A stretch of 64,000 nucleotides of DNA from Guillardia theta CCMP2712 (lineage: Eukaryota; Protista; Cryptophyta). Within the stretch, counting starts at the first letter, position 1. Every line of letters starts with the position of its first letter. A program made the position numbers and the translations under genes. Below the pieces are notes generated by a model. The model was not told where the DNA came from. It saw only the letters and a list, made by a program, of their open reading frames with translations, and did not search any database. Location: positions 1-64,000 of the forward strand of contig NW_005434582.1 in NCBI RefSeq assembly GCF_000315625.1. The letters run 5' to 3'. Shown here piece by piece: positions 59,077-64,000 of this stretch.

Positions 59077-59345
59077 TATGATGACGACAATGATGATTTT
59101 GATGACGATGACGATGGTGGTGATGGTGGTGGTGATGGTGGTGGTGATGGTGGTGGTGATGGAGGAGATGAAGATGGAGATGATGAAGGTGATGGTGATG
59201 ATAATGATGATGATGATGATGACGACGATGAAGATGACGGTAGTGGTGGTATCGGTGGTGGTGGTGGTAGTGCGGTGGTAGTGGTGGTAGTGATGGTGAT
59301 GATGGGAGAAATGGTGAGGATGATGGTGATGATGGAGGTGGGCAT
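59077..59345. repeat. (GAT/GGT)n compound microsatellite
   Basis: Seen directly. Confidence 0.85.
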
Positions 59346-59644
59346 GGTGTGGGATGTACAATGCTACCAGATGAGATGGTTCAGAGCTTGTATGGGAGGC
59401 ACATTAGTGGAAGCTGCCGTATAGGAACATGGTTCCATGGACGAAGACATTTGTGCAGCAGAAAGAACTAGGATAGTGTACAGCAGTTCCTCTTTCTTCG
59501 TCTTGGTGTGCTAGACATTTCTGCGGCATGTGCTAGACATGTCTGTCACTAGTATTCATTGTCTCATGTTCACTTCTTCATTGTCTTATTCATTGTGTCA
59601 TTCTCACCTTGTTCGACCTGTAATCATTCGTGTCTGACTCGGGC

Positions 59645-62600
59645 ATGCAGATGTCGTTCCATGTTGCATCCGTTCTGATCCTGTTGGGGTTGGTCCATTG
59701 CAACGCTTCCGCCATGGCCTCACATAGCAAGGCACCGGTAGGCTCCATCTTTGTGCCTTCATGCTGCGTATATTGATCTCCATGTGATGACAGGAGCAAG
59801 CAACAGGGCGCAAGTCAGACCATGGCCTCCCGATCTCCCTCAGTCCTCCGCACCAGCAAGCGTTGCCTGAGAGCTCTCATCCTGACCTTGCCGCCAACAC
59901 CGTCATGAGCTTGTGGGGAGAGCCGGACCCCGTCAGGCTCGTTGCCTGCTCGGACGGCTGCTGCAGGCTTGAGATCAACCACAACGACGAGTGGGGGACA
60001 GTTTGCAGCGACTGGTTCGACAACTATGAGGCGGCGATGGTGTGCCGGCAACTTGGGTGCTCGGGAGGAGGGGTGTTTGGGAACTATGGCTACTGGCGCA
60101 GCAGGGGATCTGGACGGATCTGGATGACGCGGGTGCAGTGCAACGGCTACGAGTCAGGGATATCTTTCTGCGGGTAAAGGAGGAGAATAAGGAGGAGGTG
60201 GTGGCGGTTTTGGTGGAATGGAGGAAGAGGGGGAAGGGGGAGGAGGAGGGCCGTAATTGACATTGATTTCAGGCACAACGGATGGGGCAACGTGAACTGT
60301 GACCACAATGGCGACGTGGGAGTCTGCTGCGATCGAGGATGCACCTCAACGGCCCCAGTAAGGATGGAGGACTGCCAGGAGGATGGATGCTGCAGGCTAG
60401 AGGTGAAGTACAACAACGAGTGGGGCACAGGTGAGTTGTGGTCCAACGATCCCTTCCTGCTCATGCTGACATCATCGTTCAGTCTGTGATGATGGCTTCT
60501 CGGTGAGAGACAGCTGGGTTGCATGCAGGCAGCTCGGCTGCACTGGCGGTCGACGCATCTACTCTTACGGAGGAGGGAAGGGTCCCATCTGGATGGACAA
60601 GGTGCAGTGCGGAGGAGGAGAGTATGCTCTGTCGGAGTGCCCGTTCGGAGGCTGGTGGTACCAGTGGGGCAAGCACAACTGCGATCATCATCATGATGTT
60701 GGGATCTGCTGCGATGGCGGATGCAATGGGCGAGGAGACCCTTTGAGGATGGCGGATTGCCGGTATGGAGGAGAGGCGGGAAGGAGAGCGGGGAGAGAAG
60801 GGGGGGCGATCAAGAGATCGGGGGAGGAAGAATAAGATTGAAGGATGGACTGAGACAGATGGGTTTGGAGGGATGGGGTCGAGAAAGAAAGTTCGAATGG
60901 ATGGGTTGAGAGAGAGGGAGAGAATGAGGGAAGGGAGAAAGTAGCGAGTCTGCGAGGAAGGGGGAGGGGGGATGAAGGAGGCTAACGATTTGATTCAGTC
61001 CCGACGGCTGCTGTCGAGTCGAGATCAACCATGACGGGCAATGGGGAACCATCTGCGACGACAGCTTCTCCGAGCATGACGCTCAAGTGGTATGCAAGCA
61101 ACTCGGCTGCTCCGGAGGGCGGGGAGTGGAGAGTTTCGGCGGAGGACAGGGTCCGATCTGGATGGACGAAGTCTCCTGCAGCTCGAGGGAGGCAGCGCTT
61201 TCTGCTTGTGCTCAGAACGGGTGAAGCCTCCTCCTCGTCATGTGCTGGGTCCACTGACCTCCGGCTGCAGTTGGGGCCGTCATGATTGCAGCCATTCTGA
61301 GGACGTCGGTGTTTGCTGCACTGGTGGCTGCATCCGTGGGAACGGCAACGGTAAGAGCAGCGGAACTCCCACCGCACATCTGCATCCTCCTCCTTCTTTT
61401 CCCTCTCCCTGGTTCCTCCTCCTCCTCCTCCTCCTCCTCTCCGTTAATCTTAATATCCTCTCCTTCCGCTCCCTGTCCTCCCTCTCTTCTGCTCAGTGTA
61501 TCCCCTGCGCACTGCATCACGTGCACGCCCCCTCCCTTCCCCTTCAGAGGCCTTGGCTGACTTGAAATGACCAGGTGGTTATCAAACCGCAACCGCCCCC
61601 CGCACGAATGGGCGAGACATCCGAATGGCAGGTCCTGACAGTACACTGTCCCTCCTCCCTACTCCTCTCTACTCTTCACTCCTCGCACACCTCCTCCTCC
61701 TTCCCACTCCTCACTCCTCCTCGAGCTCTTCTCTCTGAAACTTCTCCCTCTCGAGCTTCTACCTTCTACCTCTCCTATTCGGCTGCTATTCCTCTTTCTC
61801 TTACTCCTCCTCCTCCGTCGATTGCTATTCGTCTTCTACTTCTAAGTGCCACTAATTTCGCTGTCCGCAGACTGCACGGAGGATGGATGTTGCCGAGTCG
61901 AGATCATGATGAACGGCATGTGGGGATCAAGTGAGTTGACGTGTACCTGCTCAGCTGCCCCTTCATGTTTCTTCCTCCTTCCCGTCCTGCATCTCCAGCT
62001 CTCCTTACCTGGGCCTAAACCCTCCTCTCCTTCGGCTCGTGTCTCTTTCTCCTCCTCCCCCTCCCTTTCCTCTCGTCCTTCTCATCTGCTCCTCGCAGTC
62101 TGCGACATAGGATTCTCAGAGGCCAACGCTGCCGTTGTCTGCCGCCAGCTCGGCTGCCCCGCGGCCGGAGAGGTCATGAAGGGCTTCGGGCGAGGGACTG
62201 GCATGATCTGGATGGACGGGGTGCAGTGCCAGGGATCAGAGGGAAAGATTCAGAACTGTCCCTCCAACGGATGGGGGAGGCACGACTGTACCCACGAGGA
62301 TGACGTAGGGGTCTGCTGCCGGGACGGCTGCGGGGTACCTCCTCCTCCTCCTGTGCCGGAGGATGATGAGGAATACGACGAGAATGATCCCGAGCACCGG
62401 AGAAGAGTGGAAATTCCTCCTCCTCTCCCTGTCCGACTCGTTGGCTGCACTGCGACCTCGGTACCCGCTCTGCCTCTTATACCTTGATTGTTCTCCTCCA
62501 GCTCGACGATTTCCTCCCCCATCCTGGTTTCCCTCCTCCCTCCCTTGCTCCTCCTTTTCTCTGGTTCCTCGTTCTCCTGCTGGTATCTTGCGCCCCCCCC

Positions 62601-63281
62601 CCCCCCGTCCACTCCTCGATTCCCTTTCCTCCACTCATGCTCTTTGACAGTCTGTGGGAGGATGCTGTCGTGTAGAGATCAAGTACAGTGGAATGTGGGG
62701 AACAGGTTGGTAGAGCTGGAAGCGTTGGCGCGAACTGACAAGCGTCTAGTGTGCGATGATGGCTTCAGCGATGCCAACGCTGCAGTTGTGTGCCGACAGG
62801 TTGGATGCTCGGCGGTAAGGAGAGGAGAGGAGAGGAGAGGAGAGGAGAGGAGAGGAGAGGAGAGGAGAGGAGAGGAGAGGAAAAGAGAGGAAAAGAGAGG
62901 AGAGAAAAGGGTGAGGGGGGGAGAGGGAGAGGAAGGGAAGGGAAGCGAAAGTGAGGAGATGAAATAAGTTGATTGGAGGGTAGAATGGAGGAAGTGAAAA
63001 ATCTAATCCACATCTGACCCGCTTCTCTCTCTCCAGCGTCTCTCGCCCCTCGTTCGGCAGCAAGGAAGAACTTCCTATCTGGATGAGCCGCGTGAGCTGT
63101 ACAGGGCAGGAGGTGAGGAGGAGGGAAAAGGAGGGAGACGGGCTAGAGTTGACGCGCAGAGCAGGACGGGATCTCAAACTGCAAGTTCGCTGGATGGGGC
63201 AAGCATGATTGCGCTCATTATCATGATGTTGGAGTTTGCTGCAACCCTGGATGTGCTGCGCAGGACGCCGGAGTAGTCTGA
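59645..63281 (+). CDS. Secreted protein with five scavenger-receptor cysteine-rich (SRCR) domains (multi-exon)
   Basis: Signal peptide MQMSFHVASVLILLGLVHCNASA. Five repeats of R(L/V)E(I/V)...WG(T/S)(V/I)C.D...A.V.C(R/K)QLGC...IWM..V.C.G.E...C...WG...C.H..DVG(V/I)CC. Stop TGA at 63279-63281. Confidence 0.9.
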
Positions 63282-63491
63282 TGAGGATGGAGGACACAAG
63301 TGGGAAGGAGGAGAAAAGGAGAGGGAAAGTTGGAGGAGGAGGAGTGTGGTTTCGGTGAGGGATTGGGCAAGATAGCCATGTTGCTGATTGCGGTAGGACG
63401 TGAGAACACGCGTTTATTAGTGTTGATAGTCGTGTACTCTTGAACTCCAATCCCACGTGAGCAGCACGTATCTTGTTGTATATTTTACAGA

Positions 63492-64000
63492 TCAAACGTC
63501 TTCTAGAGTACGACTCAATAAAGTTAAGATCTGGTCTACTCTCGTTGTTAACATGTCCAACTTGACATCTTGAGATTTTAGCATCTCCTCATGCTCCTTC
63601 ATCTTCCTCATCATTGCACTTATCACATCTCCTCCTCCTCCTCCTCCTCCTCCTCCACATCCACATCCATTCTCATGACTCCCTTCTCGCGCCCCCCCAT
63701 TGGCCCCATTGGCCTTCTCGTCTCCCACACCGGCGTATCCTCCCATCTCTCCCTCCTCCCACTCCTTCACGCTCGAGCTCCCCAACGACGTCTGCCTCCT
63801 CAGCTTGTTAAAGCTCTGCTTCTTGCCGAGCAGCGTCGGACTAGAACCTTCCACCGCCCCGTCCGCCCGCGCGTACTTCTTCATACGAGAGCTGCTGATT
63901 TGCTGCATTCTTTGCGTCGCCCTCAGCCACAAGTCCGTGCTGGAGGACTCCTGGTCCGGGTACTCCCTCCTGTACTTCCTGAGCACATGCATGACCATCT
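63492..64000 (-). CDS. C-terminal part of an unidentified protein running off the window, with a terminal coiled coil
   Basis: Open frame ending MLKSQDVKLDMLTTRVDQILTLLSRTLEDV*. Confidence 0.5.
   Translation of the reverse strand, partial: MVMHVLRKYRREYPDQESSSTDLWLRATQRMQQISSSRMKKYARADGAVEGSSPTLLGKKQSFNKLRRQTSLGSSSVKEWEEGEMGGYAGVGDEKANGANGGAREGSHENGCGCGGGGGGGGGDVISAMMRKMKEHEEMLKSQDVKLDMLTTRVDQILTLLSRTLEDV

Noticed and set aside
1-64000. tRNA, rRNA and intact transposons
   Set aside because: None recognised by eye; tRNAscan-SE, Infernal and RepeatMasker would be needed to exclude them.

Overview
This is eukaryotic, gene-dense DNA with short (about 40-60 nt) GT-AG introns, CTGAC-type branch points and many purine/pyrimidine microsatellites. 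It is probably a cryptophyte-like alga (inference only). Recognisable genes: BRCA2 with four near-identical BRC repeats, UTP18, an LRR-Roc-COR-TIR (ROCO) protein ending in CaaX, a PDZ + gelsolin/villin protein, a SHAQKYF MYB, a BASS-family symporter, a Cid1/URT1-like nucleotidyltransferase directly followed by a canonical poly(A) polymerase homolog lacking its catalytic motifs, an ankyrin + RRM protein, a MOT1 molybdate transporter, a 5x SRCR protein, and three copies of an unknown ~91-aa protein. The standout is the apparently intergenic stretch 12124-13333 upstream of the ROCO ORF. It is a ~107-nt periodic array of eleven consecutive 3-nt exons (yAG|NNN|GTRAG). Each follows an intron with a distant branch point and an AG-free zone, and the array can splice in phase 0 onto the intronless 4-kb ROCO-TIR exon. 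The second standout is a possible in-frame fusion of the motif-intact non-canonical NTase to the pseudo-PAP. All gene models were read by eye; no searches were run.
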